Positions 43,302 to 54,042 are shown, counted from the first letter of the stretch. The stretch is DNA of 64,000 nt from an uncultured Planctomycetota bacterium (GCA_963823665.1 CAWGMQ010000010.1:544001-608000); one strand, 5' to 3'. Numbers and translations: made by a program. The notes: a model not told the origin generated them from the sequence alone.

Positions 43302-44627
43302 TCACTCGATCTCTTTGATAAACAAATTCGTGAACTGAACCGGATCTCCATGATGCTGCAGCCCGATCGGCCCACGCGCCGGGATCCCCGGCAATTGCAC
43401 CTGATCAATCACCGTCTGCCCGTTCAGCGCGACCGTCACCCTGTCCTTCTTCATTGTGATCAAGAACCGGTTCCACTTGCCCGGAGCGCTGTCGGCCTTG
43501 ACCTTTGGAATTGCCCCTGATCGCACCTCTGCGGGCATCGTCTTGTCCACTCGATAGTCATAAAGCTCACCCGAGCCGATTGTGTTGCACGTGATATTCA
43601 CCTGCGCTCGTCCCGACCCGCGTAGCAAGACGCCGCTATCCCCGGCATAGGGAATCTCAATCGTCTTCGCTGAGCCGTCGTCGTTCTTCGCGTCGTCTCC
43701 GTTAGGAAGCACGACCGCGCGTTTCCGCGGCGCCGGCTTGCCGGGCAGGCGCCAGTCAACCGACAGCACGAAGTCCCCATAAGCTTTCTCTGTCCAGAGG
43801 TCTTTCTCCTTGGCTGTGCTCTTGCCGTCGTATTCGAGAATCGAATCCTTCGCCCGCCAGTGTCCCTCGTGGCCCGGGTCAAGCCGCCAGCCGCGCAGGT
43901 CGAGCCCCGAATAGACCGAGACGAAACCTTCGTCCAGAGTCGCCCTCTCCGCATCGCTCGGCCGCGTGGAGGGCAGTTCCTTGATGCGCAGATTGCGGAA
44001 GTGGCACTCCGACCCCTCGGATTCGAGGCAGATATAGCCAGCGCGCGGCACGCACTTGCTCGCGCCCGACACCTCTTTACCGTTGACCGCGAGCTTCAGC
44101 ACACCGTCCTGGCACGTCACCCGGTAGTGGTTCCACTCCGGTGAAGGCCGCGCCCGATTTTCGCTCGGCAGACAGCGCATCCACCCGGCCGGGTGCGGTC
44201 GGTCAGGCGTCATCGTCGCGCCCCAGATCCCAAAAACGTCGCCGTGGCTCGTATAGTTCGGAGTCTCATGACCGTCCAGGATCTGCACCTCGAACGACCG
44301 CGTGAACGGCACTCCGACCGCCGGCAGCGCATCGCTCCAGACAAACAGCCCCGCATTGCCCCCTGCTTGAAGGTGCCGCCACTCCAACTCCATCACGAAG
44401 TTCTCATAAGGCCGGTCCGTCCGCATCACGCCGGTCGGCTTGCCCGTCGAGACAATCATCCCGTCGCGCACCGTGAACGTCTCCGGCGCCACGTTCACTC
44501 TGACCCAGCCCGAGAGGTCCTTGCCGTTGAAGAGCGGCCGGAAATCGTCATCGGCTCGCGTCGAGCTCGTTCCGGCCCAAACGACGCAGACGATCAATCG
44601 CAACATCATGACCAAAGATCGTTTCAT
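43302..44627 (-). CDS. Exported tandem DUF1080 (3-keto-disaccharide hydrolase-like) protein
   Basis: LFNGKDLSGW, GNAG, EVQILD and EWNHY; second domain GDSGV...GPIGLQHHG. Confidence 0.9.
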   Translation of the reverse strand: MKRSLVMMLRLIVCVVWAGTSSTRADDDFRPLFNGKDLSGWVRVNVAPETFTVRDGMIVSTGKPTGVMRTDRPYENFVMELEWRHLQAGGNAGLFVWSDALPAVGVPFTRSFEVQILDGHETPNYTSHGDVFGIWGATMTPDRPHPAGWMRCLPSENRARPSPEWNHYRVTCQDGVLKLAVNGKEVSGASKCVPRAGYICLESEGSECHFRNLRIKELPSTRPSDAERATLDEGFVSVYSGLDLRGWRLDPGHEGHWRAKDSILEYDGKSTAKEKDLWTEKAYGDFVLSVDWRLPGKPAPRKRAVVLPNGDDAKNDDGSAKTIEIPYAGDSGVLLRGSGRAQVNITCNTIGSGELYDYRVDKTMPAEVRSGAIPKVKADSAPGKWNRFLITMKKDRVTVALNGQTVIDQVQLPGIPARGPIGLQHHGDPVQFTNLFIKEIE

Positions 44628-44668
44628 CGTGAATCTCTCGATGCGTACTTGATCGCACAGGAACGGAT

Positions 44669-45621
44669 TCATTTGTCGAGTTTGACAGCCTCACCGCCGG
44701 CGCGGGTGATGAGAGCGTACCAGGTCGCCCGGTCTTGCTTCGGCGAGAGAGACCGGACCGCGCCGTCGCAAAAGAGGGCATTTGGCCCTTGCGCGTGCGT
44801 CGAGCCGCTGTACACCTTGCGGGCCAGCGCGTCGTCGCCCTCGTAGGACGGCGACGTGTGCACGTCGAACTCACTTCCGCCCCAGCCGCCGACCGCCCAG
44901 CCGAAGCTGTCGAGTTTCTCGACGAAAGCCAGCGTGAACGCGAGGCCATCGGTAATGTCCGCCACTTTAACACTGCGGGCCAGTGGTTTGCCGTCTTTTG
45001 CATTCACCAGACCATCCGGCGTGGAAACGGTCATGATCACACCGAGGTACGTCCCACGCTCTTTCACGAAATCTTCGCCCCACGGCCTGCGAGCATCCCC
45101 TTTGGGAGGAAGTCTGCGGTAACTGGTGGTGCCCAGGTGCCAACGCATGTGGCCGCCGCCCCAGTTCGCGCCAAAGTGGCCCTTGGCGAAGACGGCCTTG
45201 GGCTCGGGATATCGCACGTCGCCGGCAGCGACTTTATCGATATTGGGATTGTCCGGACACAGGTACATGTTCACTGAAGTACCGACGACAGTATGGTTGG
45301 CGATGTACCAGTTCTCGACGTAGAAGTTGTATGCGTTGAAGAGCGGGATCTGCTCCGCATAAGCTAAAATGCTCGTAAATGCACCCTGTCCGTTGCCATG
45401 ACCCTCGCCGAGAATCAAGGCCGGCGGCAGCGTTCCCCAGGCTTGCGAGTAATTGAGCGTCGCCAGGCCAATCTGTTTGAGGTTCATGACGCAGCTCGCC
45501 CGCGCGCCGCTGCTTTGGAGGACTGAACGGCCGGTAGCAGCATCGCGACCGATAGGCAAGTCACGGCCGTGACCACCAGCAGCTCGATCAGACTGAAGCC
45601 CCTCGCGTGATCTCGTCGCAT
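44669..45621 (-). CDS. DUF1559 prepilin-type protein; frameshift at ~45510
   Basis: [10 protein letters not shown]...LLPAVQ in one frame; [15 protein letters not shown] and [12 protein letters not shown] in another. Confidence 0.85.
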
Positions 45622-45726
45622 CGGAGATTCCTCCTGTACCTGAGTCACTCGTCCGCAGCGCTTGTCCGGCTCTCCGCTCATTCTACCCGGCGCACCCGCC
45701 CCGCGCACATCGCTCTGATCCCCGTT

Positions 45727-47088
45727 TCACTCCTCATCTTTTCCCGCGAGTGTCTTCCGGATATCAACGCCGATCCACGCCAGCGTTCCCAGGACATAAC
45801 TCCCAGCCAGAAGGAAGAAGGGAAGCACCAGGTCGTGCTGCTTGAGCAATCCTCCCAGCCAGCGTGCTTCGAGCGCCGCCATGAAACTGGCCATCATGTT
45901 CATCGTGCCCGAGAGCACCCCGGTATAACGCCCTCCGATGTCCGCCGCCGCGGCCCAGGCCGGCGCCATCGCCAGGTCGTTGCCGAAGAACGCCAGAGTC
46001 AGCAGGAAACCCAGGGTCACGGTATCTTCGGCCCAGGGCACAAGAACGATCGCCGTCGCAGCCAGAGCAAGGCCCGACACGCCCACGATTCGCCGGCTCA
46101 AGGCCTTACCCCACCGGCGGATGATCGCGTCCGAGAGCGACCCGCCGGCCAGGCAGGCCAGCACTCCAAACGCAAACGGCAGCGAAGTCAGCCACGCCGT
46201 CGGCCCAGACTCGAGTCCGCGGTGGTGCTTCAAATAGGTCGGCAGTAAGGTCAAGTAAAAATTCCCGCTGAACCCGAGGAAGCCATACATCAGGCACAGC
46301 GACCACACGCTCTTCGATCTCGCGAACAATCCCCAGGGAATAGCCCCATGACCGTGACCACCGCCAGACGCCCGCCCCAGCACGATCAGCTTGCGCTCAG
46401 CCTCATTGATCGACGGCATCTCTTCGGGCCGATTGCGAAACCATGGCCAGAAAAGCGCGCACCAGACAATTCCCAGCAAGCCCACCAAAACAACCGGCAG
46501 CTTCCAATCGCCAAGGTAACCGAAGAGGCCCGCGAGGAGCAGGGGAGCGATCGCTCCGCCCATACGGCTCGACATCCAGATCGCGCCCTGGGCCGAACCC
46601 CGCTCGGTCGACGGCATCCAGTCTGCCATCATTCGTGCGATCGAGGGAAAAGTTCCGGCCTGGAACGCGCCGAACAGGAAGCGGACCACGACCAGAAAGC
46701 CGACAATCACGAGCACTCGCGGCGGAAGCAGCGCGACCAGCACGAGCATGACGGTCAAGCTCGATCCGCCCAGCACGATCGCGGCGATCGTATGCCGCAC
46801 GCCGAATCGGTCTCCCAGGGCACCCCACGGCATCTCGAAGAGCCCGTAGCCGATCATGAACGCCGCCATCACGTTGCCCAGGTCATCCTCTGATAGACCG
46901 AGCGGAACCTTGAACTCGGCCCATGCCGTCGCGAAACCCACCCGATGAAGGTACGTCACGATCGCCAGGCTGCACGCCGTCGCCAGAACCTGATAACGCA
47001 CGCGCGTCGGTCGTTCGGGCAGCCCCACGTCAGGGGCCTTGGTCGCCCCCACGTCGGCCCAGTCGGTGTGGCTATCGTTGGATTGCAT
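45727..47088 (-). CDS. MFS transporter (anion:cation symporter/sugar-acid type)
   Basis: ITYLHR-like N-terminal motif (VTYLHR), GALGDRFG, RFLFG, WMPSTERG and ~12 TM segments. Confidence 0.92.
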   Translation of the reverse strand: MQSNDSHTDWADVGATKAPDVGLPERPTRVRYQVLATACSLAIVTYLHRVGFATAWAEFKVPLGLSEDDLGNVMAAFMIGYGLFEMPWGALGDRFGVRHTIAAIVLGGSSLTVMLVLVALLPPRVLVIVGFLVVVRFLFGAFQAGTFPSIARMMADWMPSTERGSAQGAIWMSSRMGGAIAPLLLAGLFGYLGDWKLPVVLVGLLGIVWCALFWPWFRNRPEEMPSINEAERKLIVLGRASGGGHGHGAIPWGLFARSKSVWSLCLMYGFLGFSGNFYLTLLPTYLKHHRGLESGPTAWLTSLPFAFGVLACLAGGSLSDAIIRRWGKALSRRIVGVSGLALAATAIVLVPWAEDTVTLGFLLTLAFFGNDLAMAPAWAAAADIGGRYTGVLSGTMNMMASFMAALEARWLGGLLKQHDLVLPFFLLAGSYVLGTLAWIGVDIRKTLAGKDEE

Positions 47089-47221
47089 CGCGTCGCGTGG
47101 TATCGTCAGGGGAGAGCAGGTCGCGTGCGCCGAGTTGTTGACAGTACGAGGCCCACAGACGCACTGCAAGCCCCGCAATCGGCTGAAATCTTGTTTGCTA
47201 CGCGAATGGGAGTTTCGTGGC

Positions 47222-48376
47222 GTGAAGATCACCGGCTTCGAAACCTGGCTGGCAAACGCGGGCTTGAGGAACTATCTGTTCATCCGCCTGCGCACCGATA
47301 ATGGCTTGACCGGCCTGGGCGAGGCTTCGCTGGAATGGCAGGAAAAGACCGTTCAAACGCTGTTGCACGAATGGGTCGAGGCCCGGGTTGTAGGCAAGGA
47401 TCCGTTCGACATTGAAGCCACAATCGGCGGCATGATCCGCGACCAGTACCAGGGAGGCGCGACCGTCATGACCGCGATCAGCGGCGTCGAGATCGCCATG
47501 TGGGATTTGATCGGCAAGGCCTGCCGCCAGCCCGTCTACCGCCTTCTGGGCGGCCGCTATCACGCCAAGATCCGCACCTACGCCAACGGCTGGTACGGCG
47601 GGGCTCGCACGCCCGAGGAGTTTGCCGGCCGCGCCGCGGCCGCCGTCGATCGTGGCTATCACGCGCTCAAGTTCGACCCCTTCGGCACAGCCTGGAAGTC
47701 CCTCGATCCCGAGGAAGCCGATCTGGCAGTCGAAACCGTCGCCGCGGTGCGAAAGGCCGTCGGACCTCGAGTGGGTCTGATGATCGAGTTTCACGGTCGG
47801 CTTGGCGCCCGCGCCGCCACCGCGATGATCCGCCGCCTCGAGCCGTTTGACCCCGCGTGGTGTGAGGAGCCCGTCGCGCCCGAGTGCGTGGAGCTGCTCG
47901 CCGAAGTGAAGCGATCGGCCCGCCCCCCCATCGCCGCCGGCGAACGGCTCTACACGCTCGCGGATTTTCACCGGCTGACCGCCTTGGGCGCCGTCGACAT
48001 CGTGCAGATGGACCTCGCCCACTGTGGCGGAATCTCGATGGGCAAGAAGATCGCCGCCATGGCCCAGGCCCAGGACATTCAAGTGGCACCGCACTGCTCG
48101 ATCGGGCCCGTCGCCCTGGCAGCCGCTCTTCATTTTGATGTGAGCACGCCCAACTTCATGATCCAGGAATCGTTCGCCGAGTTCGATGTCCCCTGGCGAA
48201 ACGACCTGGTCGCAGGCTGGAATCCGCTCAACCGCGGCGAGCTCTCGCTCGGAGACGCCCCCGGCCTCGGCCTCGAGCTCGACGACGCCGCCATCGCCAG
48301 CCATCCGTATGTCGCCCACGCCTTCCCCAGCCTTTGGGACCGGCAGTGGCAAACGAATTTCACTCAGAATGAATAA
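47222..48376 (+). CDS. Mandelate racemase/enolase-superfamily sugar-acid dehydratase (galactonate dehydratase-like)
   Basis: AISGVEIAMWD, YANGW, LKFDPF, EFH, EEP, AGER and APH. Confidence 0.9.
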   Translation: MKITGFETWLANAGLRNYLFIRLRTDNGLTGLGEASLEWQEKTVQTLLHEWVEARVVGKDPFDIEATIGGMIRDQYQGGATVMTAISGVEIAMWDLIGKACRQPVYRLLGGRYHAKIRTYANGWYGGARTPEEFAGRAAAAVDRGYHALKFDPFGTAWKSLDPEEADLAVETVAAVRKAVGPRVGLMIEFHGRLGARAATAMIRRLEPFDPAWCEEPVAPECVELLAEVKRSARPPIAAGERLYTLADFHRLTALGAVDIVQMDLAHCGGISMGKKIAAMAQAQDIQVAPHCSIGPVALAAALHFDVSTPNFMIQESFAEFDVPWRNDLVAGWNPLNRGELSLGDAPGLGLELDDAAIASHPYVAHAFPSLWDRQWQTNFTQNE

Positions 48377-48390
48377 CATGGAGGGTCATC

Positions 48391-49476
48391 ATTCCCGTCT
48401 TTCGCCTCGCGCTCACCGGCGATTTCCTGAATTCAGCCGGCTCCGTCGCCTGCGGTGACGCCGGCCTCGGCGTGCTGTCAGGACGCCCCGATATTCGCTG
48501 GCATTTCATCAACGACCTGGCCCCACGTGCCGATGACTCCGGTTACTGGAGCAGGCTTTATTCCCTGGAGCTCAGCCCCGCCCATATCAAAGATGTCGAT
48601 GGCCTGATCGTGCTTCGGCCCTGGGTGACGAAGCGCACGTTCGCCTCGGGCGCCGGCGATCTGTGCGTGATCGGCCGTTCGGGAGCGGGCTACGACAAGA
48701 TTGACCTGGAGGCCTGCACCGAGAACGGCGTCGCAGTATTCAACGCGCCCCTGGCGCTGAATCATTCAACCGCATCCTCGGCGCTCCTCTTCATGCTGGC
48801 TCTTTCCAAGCGCCTGTTCGAGCAGGACCGCACCACCCGGGCCGGCCGCTGGGACCGGCAACCCGAACTACTCGGCCAAGAGATCGCCGGTCGAACCCTC
48901 GGAATCGTCGGCCTGGGCCACAGCGGCAGAGAGCTCGTCCGATTGGTAGCTCCGTTCGAGATGCGACTGATCGCCTTTTCGCCACATGCTGATCCAGCCC
49001 AGGCCAGCTCACTGGGAGTACGTCTCACCTCGCTCGAAGAGGTGATGAGCCAGTCCGACTTCGTGAGCCTGCACTGCAAGCTGACCGAGGCAACGCGAGG
49101 AATGATCACCGCCCAAGAGCTCGCGAAGATGAAACCATCCGCCTATTTGATCAACGTCGGCCGCGGCGAGCTGATCGACCAGTACGCGCTCTACGAAGCA
49201 CTTCGCGCTCGCAAGATCGGCGGCGCCGGCCTCGATGTCTTCGAGGTCGAACCCTTGCCGATCGACGACCCGTTAATCGCCCTCGACAACGTGATCCTCA
49301 CGCCGCACTGGTCGGCATCGACGTTGGACGTCTGGCAGGCGACCGGCCGGGAGATGGCAAACGGAATCATCCGCGCCGCCCGCGACGAGGTCCCGGAAAA
49401 CGTAGTCAACCCCGAGGTGCTCGATGTCGCGCTCTTCCGCGACAAGCTGGCAAGGTTCGCGGAACGTTCCGATTGA
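48391..49476 (+). CDS. D-isomer-specific 2-hydroxyacid dehydrogenase
   Basis: GAGYDKID, GIVGLGHSG, INVGRG, LDVFEVEP and TPH; frame extends upstream to an ATT at 48391 after GGAGG. Confidence 0.9.
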   Translation: MPVFRLALTGDFLNSAGSVACGDAGLGVLSGRPDIRWHFINDLAPRADDSGYWSRLYSLELSPAHIKDVDGLIVLRPWVTKRTFASGAGDLCVIGRSGAGYDKIDLEACTENGVAVFNAPLALNHSTASSALLFMLALSKRLFEQDRTTRAGRWDRQPELLGQEIAGRTLGIVGLGHSGRELVRLVAPFEMRLIAFSPHADPAQASSLGVRLTSLEEVMSQSDFVSLHCKLTEATRGMITAQELAKMKPSAYLINVGRGELIDQYALYEALRARKIGGAGLDVFEVEPLPIDDPLIALDNVILTPHWSASTLDVWQATGREMANGIIRAARDEVPENVVNPEVLDVALFRDKLARFAERSD

Positions 49477-49481
49477 TCAAA

Positions 49482-49760
49482 GACCCGGAGGGTCGACATC
49501 ATATAGCTCGGGCCGTGAGCCCCGAGCGGCGGAGGCAAATACCGCGCAAATTCAACAAAGACCCGAAGGGTCGACATCATATAGCTCGGGGCGTGAGCCC
49601 CGAGTGGCGGAGGCAAATTCCGCGCAAATTCAAAGAAGACCCGAAGGGTCGACATCATATAGCTCGGGGCGTGAGCCCCGAGTGGCGGAGGCAAATTCCG
49701 CGCAAATTCAACGAAGACCCGAAGGGTCGACATCAGATACCTCGGGGCGTGAGCCCCGAA
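49482..49760. repeat. Tandem array of ~3.6 x 78-bp units, each with two hairpins (REP/BIME-like)
   Basis: Unit starts at 49482, 49560, 49638 and 49716; hairpins GACCC-GAA-GGGTC and CTCGGGGC-GTGA-GCCCCGAG. Confidence 0.92.
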
Positions 49761-49777
49761 GGGAACCGCGTCGGAAT

Positions 49778-50560
49778 TCAATCCCGGCGCTCGAGTCGAT
49801 ACCGAATCGTCAGCTTCCCCGTTTCGTTTGCCGCCGCTTCTAATTGCAATAACCCGACATCGCCCCCGCGCGTCTTGAATGCAAACGTGTCGGGGCGTTC
49901 CACCAGATGGGCGTCGATACTCATCCACGCGGTGCCGGACGGATTCCCCGGCTGCCGATCCAGAATCTCGCGGGCGTCTTCGACCGTCAATTCTCCGAAA
50001 GACTGCGGCAGAATGCGAGCTTCGACCATGTCGAGTCCAATGAGTGCAAAGCGAAGCTCCGGACCCGCGTCCGCGTCTTTCGCCGCGCCGCCCGCCGGTC
50101 TCGCGCCACGTTGACGGCTCACGTTACTGAGGAGGTCGATTCCTTGATCCTGGCACCACCGTGCGAATCGTTCATTCCGTCGAAAGGAAGGCCCGTTCGC
50201 AATCTCATCCGCAGTCAGAAACTCCGGCGGAGCCATTTTTCGCCCGGTTTCCAGATCCATCAGGCACTCCCGTCCTTGTGCCGGTAGTTCAAGCGTTGTC
50301 GTGACCGTTTGCGCGAACGGCGTTCCGTGCGTTTTCGCGGTGCGCGGCAAAACGACCACTTGGGCCAACTTCGCCGCCGTGCGCTCCCGGCTCACCCTGA
50401 GGGGCCAACCAAAGCCTGTACCGTAGTCGATACCGATCGGTGTCTTTATCTTTTGGAAAGACCTGGATGATCCCGTGCCCTCCCTCTCGCGTCGTGAACA
50501 AAAACGTCGCCAGCTCGTCGTATTTGAAGTCGGTCCACGTTTCTTCGAAATGCGCCAGTG
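49778..50560 (-). pseudogene. Frameshifted C-terminal fragment of a repeat-domain protein
   Basis: Motif TFxFxTRxGxxGxxQ...RYRL occurs twice, once in ORF 50289-50696 and once in ORF 49778-50743. Confidence 0.5.
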
Positions 50561-50694
50561 ATCCGGTTGCTTCACGGCCAAGCCGCAATGGCTCCCCTCG
50601 GGCGTCGACTCTTTCTCTGCTCGTCTGTATCGGCACAAATGCCGCGAAAAGGTATGATGAAGCGGAAGCAATCGATTGCACGATAGGAGATTCC

Positions 50695-50995
50695 ATGAGT
50701 TCCGTCGAAGCTCAAGCCGCTCCCGCTTTGCCGAGCCCTCCAAATGACAAGTGGCGCAGAAACACGGGCCTTTTACCGGCTCTTGCCGGATCTACTGAAC
50801 AGTCACCGAGGCCAGTATGTCGCGATCCACGACGAGCATTTGGTGGAATCAGGTGTTGACAAGCTAGCAGTTGCTCGACGCGCCTATTCGCGCTTCGGTT
50901 ACGTTCCGATCTTCGTAAGTTTGGTCACCGACCGGCCACTCACCCCCGTGCGCACTCCGTCGCCACGACTCGTTCGAGACGAGTATTCGGCGTGA
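50695..50995 (+). CDS. DUF5678-like small protein; frameshift at ~50760
   Basis: AGGAG RBS; MSSVEA...KWR then RAFYRLLPDLLNSHRGQYVAIHDEHLVESG. Confidence 0.7.
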
Positions 50996-51370
50996 TTCGA
51001 TACAATTACAACCGCCAGATCGATCCTCCTGCTCCGTTCGTTCACGTCTCACTGCGCTGCGCGGAATCGGGAAAATCCCTGTCCAACCTGCCTGCTCAAA
51101 TCGATCCTGCTGCGGACCGGACGGTGATACCGGAGAGCTTGGTCGAACTATTGGGCCTGACCCCATAGATGAAATGCCGGTCGCGGGATTCGGAGGCCGG
51201 GTGATCCTTGTCACCACGTACGTCACTGAGTTGGGGCTCAGCACGCTACCGCCGCAGTCAGTCGAAGTGATCGCGCACTCTGATGAACCGTACATCCTGC
51301 TTGGGGCGCCGTATTGAACCGCCATCGACTGCTACTGGACGGTCCTTCACTCATCCTCGAAATCGGCTGA
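50992..51370 (+). pseudogene. Retropepsin-like aspartic protease with frameshifts and an altered catalytic motif
   Basis: GTGA overlap with the previous gene; DPPAP, AQIDPAADRTVIP, AGFGG, ILLG and LNRHRLLLDGP across frames. Confidence 0.7.
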
Positions 51371-51534
51371 ACATGAGCTGGAGGTGCCGACAGAATCTTG
51401 TCAGCCACCGTTTCCCAATCCGGAAGCGGTTCCCCCAATTTCCAACCGTCGCTATAATCCACCGCGCACTCCAATCACAACCAGGAAGGCAGGACCGCTG
51501 CACCGCAGCGACCCTCAATCTCAAGGAGGAGACA

Positions 51535-52382
51535 ATGGCAATCATCCGTCCCGTGTTGGCGCGCACATTCGCAGTGCTGCTCATCTTTCTCGGCACGATC
51601 TCCACAAAAACCCAGGCGCAACCCCCATCCGGGGTCGTAGTCGAAGCTGCCGCGAACAAGCTGCTAGATCCGCTCGGCGGCCCGACCCATCCCGCGCCCG
51701 AACTGAAAATCGACGTCCAGTTCCAGAGCGCCCCCACTCTCTTCCGCCAGGGCAAGTTCGCCGAAGCCGAACGGCAGTTCGCCTGGATCGCCCAGGTCCG
51801 CAAGGGCACCACCTGGGGCGAGCGCAGCCAGTATTACCTGGCCGAATGCCAGTATCGTCAGAAGAAATACGTCGAGGCCCTCGCGAGCCTGGAACGCCTC
51901 CAGCTCGAGTACCCCGCGACCGACTACTGCAACCAGCTCATCCGCCGCGAGTATGAGATCGCCCAGCACAGCATCACTTGGACCAAGCCCGCAGTCTTGA
52001 CCGGAAGGAATTCGCCTTTGCCGCCAAATGTTGACGGTGGCCAGCGGGTAGCCAGCGCCGAAAAACTAGCTCTCCGGGCGCTCGAGAACGTCCGCCACCA
52101 TGCTCCGTCAAGTTCGCTGGCGGCCGAAGCCTCCATCAAGGTAGCCGAGTACTATATGGCCAAAGGCGACTATGCCTCAGCCGCGATCTATTACGATCTT
52201 TTCATCGCCGAATACCGCAAGAGCCCGCTCTGCCCGCGCGCCGGCTCGGCGCGGTCGAGGCTCGAGTCCGTAACTACCTCTTGAGCCAGCGCGATTCCCC
52301 AGGGATGCGGCTAGCTCGCGAGCTGGCAACACTCTCGCTACCAGCCTTCCTGAAGTTCGAGAATACCGTGTTGGGTCGCTGA
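51535..52382 (+). CDS. Exported TPR protein, BamD/YfiO-like; probable frameshift at ~52242
   Basis: AAGGAGG RBS; signal peptide; YYLAECQY...LEYP; AAIYY...EY. Confidence 0.7.
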
Positions 52383-52579
52383 TCCATAAATGCACGGCCT
52401 GACCTCGATGAACTACTCCCAATCAGCCGGCAAGCACCTCGAAGGCGGGGGATGGCCGGCTTCGATCGCGCCACCAATGGTACCCATGGAATGCACGCCG
52501 TTGTCGCAGAGTTCAAAACTCGGTAGAACCGATCACAACGAAGAGCATTTAGCCACGGATGAAACCCGAGGATCACCAC

Positions 52580-53431
52580 ATGCGAAACTGGGGCTTCATC
52601 GGCGCCGGCAAGATGGCCTCCGCTCTGATCCATGGCATGCTCCGCGCCGGAATCGCCCCGGCCGGAGCCATCTTCGCCAGCGATCCCTTGCCCGCGGCCC
52701 GAAGCGCACTCGCCAGCGAAGCCGCCATCACCGTATTTGAATCCAATATCGACGTGGTTCAGCACAGCAGCGTCTTGGTCCTTGCGGTGAAGCCGCAGAG
52801 TATGAATCACGTCTTGGCCGAGTTGCGACCCGTGATAACCCCCGAGCACCTGGTCGTCTCGATCGCGGCCGGAATCACGATCGAGTCAATCGTCCACGGC
52901 CTCGGCCGGCATTCACGCGTCATCCGGGTCATGCCCAACACGCCCGCCTTGGTCGGCGAAGGCATCTCGGCGTTTGCCCCCGGCGGTGGCGCTCGCCCTG
53001 AAGATCAGGACCTGGTCGAGGCGTTCCTGGGCTCTGTGGGCAGGGCGGTCCGTGTCAGCGAGCCGATGCTCGACGCCGTCACGGGGCTCTCGGGCAGCGG
53101 TCCGGCGTTCGTCTACTTGATGATCGAGGCCCTTTCCGATGGCGGCGTTCGCGCCGGGCTGCCTCGCGACGTCGCCAGCCTGCTGGCCGTCCAGACCGTG
53201 CTGGGCTCCGCCAAGATGGTGCGCGAAACCGGCCTCCATCCCGGCGTGCTCAAGGACCAGGTCGCCTCCCCCGGCGGCACGACGATCGCCGGGCTCCATG
53301 CGCTCGAGCTGGCCGGAGTCCGCGGCGCGTTCATCGAAGCCGTCGTCGCCGCCAGCCGTCGCTCGTCCGAGCTGGCGTCCCTGGCCGCTTCCATCACACC
53401 TCCCAAGTCGCCCGACGAGACCCACCCATGA
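52580..53431 (+). CDS. proC: Pyrroline-5-carboxylate reductase
   Basis: GFIGAGKMA, LAVKPQ, SIAAG, RVMPNTP, GLSGSGPA and SPGGTT. Confidence 0.97.
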   Translation: MRNWGFIGAGKMASALIHGMLRAGIAPAGAIFASDPLPAARSALASEAAITVFESNIDVVQHSSVLVLAVKPQSMNHVLAELRPVITPEHLVVSIAAGITIESIVHGLGRHSRVIRVMPNTPALVGEGISAFAPGGGARPEDQDLVEAFLGSVGRAVRVSEPMLDAVTGLSGSGPAFVYLMIEALSDGGVRAGLPRDVASLLAVQTVLGSAKMVRETGLHPGVLKDQVASPGGTTIAGLHALELAGVRGAFIEAVVAASRRSSELASLAASITPPKSPDETHP

Positions 53432-54042
53432 AACTCGGGGTGATTTCCGACATCCACGGCGACATCACCGCCCTCGAGCTCGCCTGGTCACACCTGACCG
53501 TGATGGGCGCAGACCAGATCGTCTCCGCAGGAGACCTCGCCGGCTACGGCCCATTTCCCGACCGCGTCGTCGCGTTCCTGCAAGAGCACAAAATTCCCTC
53601 GGTCCGCGGCAACCACGACCGCTGGGCACTCGAGCGCGGCCCCGGCGTCCCCGACTCATTCGGCGGCGGCACGCCCAGCAGTGAAACGCTTGATTTCCTC
53701 GACACACTCCCCGCCGGCATTCGCCTCAACCTGACCGTCTCCGTTTCCATCTTCCACGGGTCGCCGCGGTCCGACATGGAATTCGTCAATCGCGACAGCC
53801 ATCCCCCCAGCGTCCTTCGCGGTTATCTCACCGGGCAGTCATGCCGCCTGCTGATCCTCGGCCACACTCACACGCCCATGTCCTTCCGCTGCTCGGAGGG
53901 CCTGGTGATCAATCCCGGATCGATCGTGTCGGTCCCGGGCGTGGATACGTCGAGAACATTCGCCGTGGTTGATCTACACACCCTCGAAGTGACCTTTCAC
54001 GACGTCGAGAGCGGAGCCCCTTTCACCGCCGCCGAATGGTGA
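53428..54042 (+). CDS. YfcE-like metallophosphoesterase
   Basis: ISDIHG, GD, RGNHD, HGSP, GHTH and NPGS. Confidence 0.92.
   Translation: MKLGVISDIHGDITALELAWSHLTVMGADQIVSAGDLAGYGPFPDRVVAFLQEHKIPSVRGNHDRWALERGPGVPDSFGGGTPSSETLDFLDTLPAGIRLNLTVSVSIFHGSPRSDMEFVNRDSHPPSVLRGYLTGQSCRLLILGHTHTPMSFRCSEGLVINPGSIVSVPGVDTSRTFAVVDLHTLEVTFHDVESGAPFTAAEW

Noticed and set aside
49482..49760. CRISPR array
   Set aside because: The would-be spacers are nearly identical, so whole 78-bp units repeat, and no cas genes are present
49191..50114. Repeat-containing proteins on both strands
   Set aside because: Artefacts of the 78-bp (26-codon) DNA repeat
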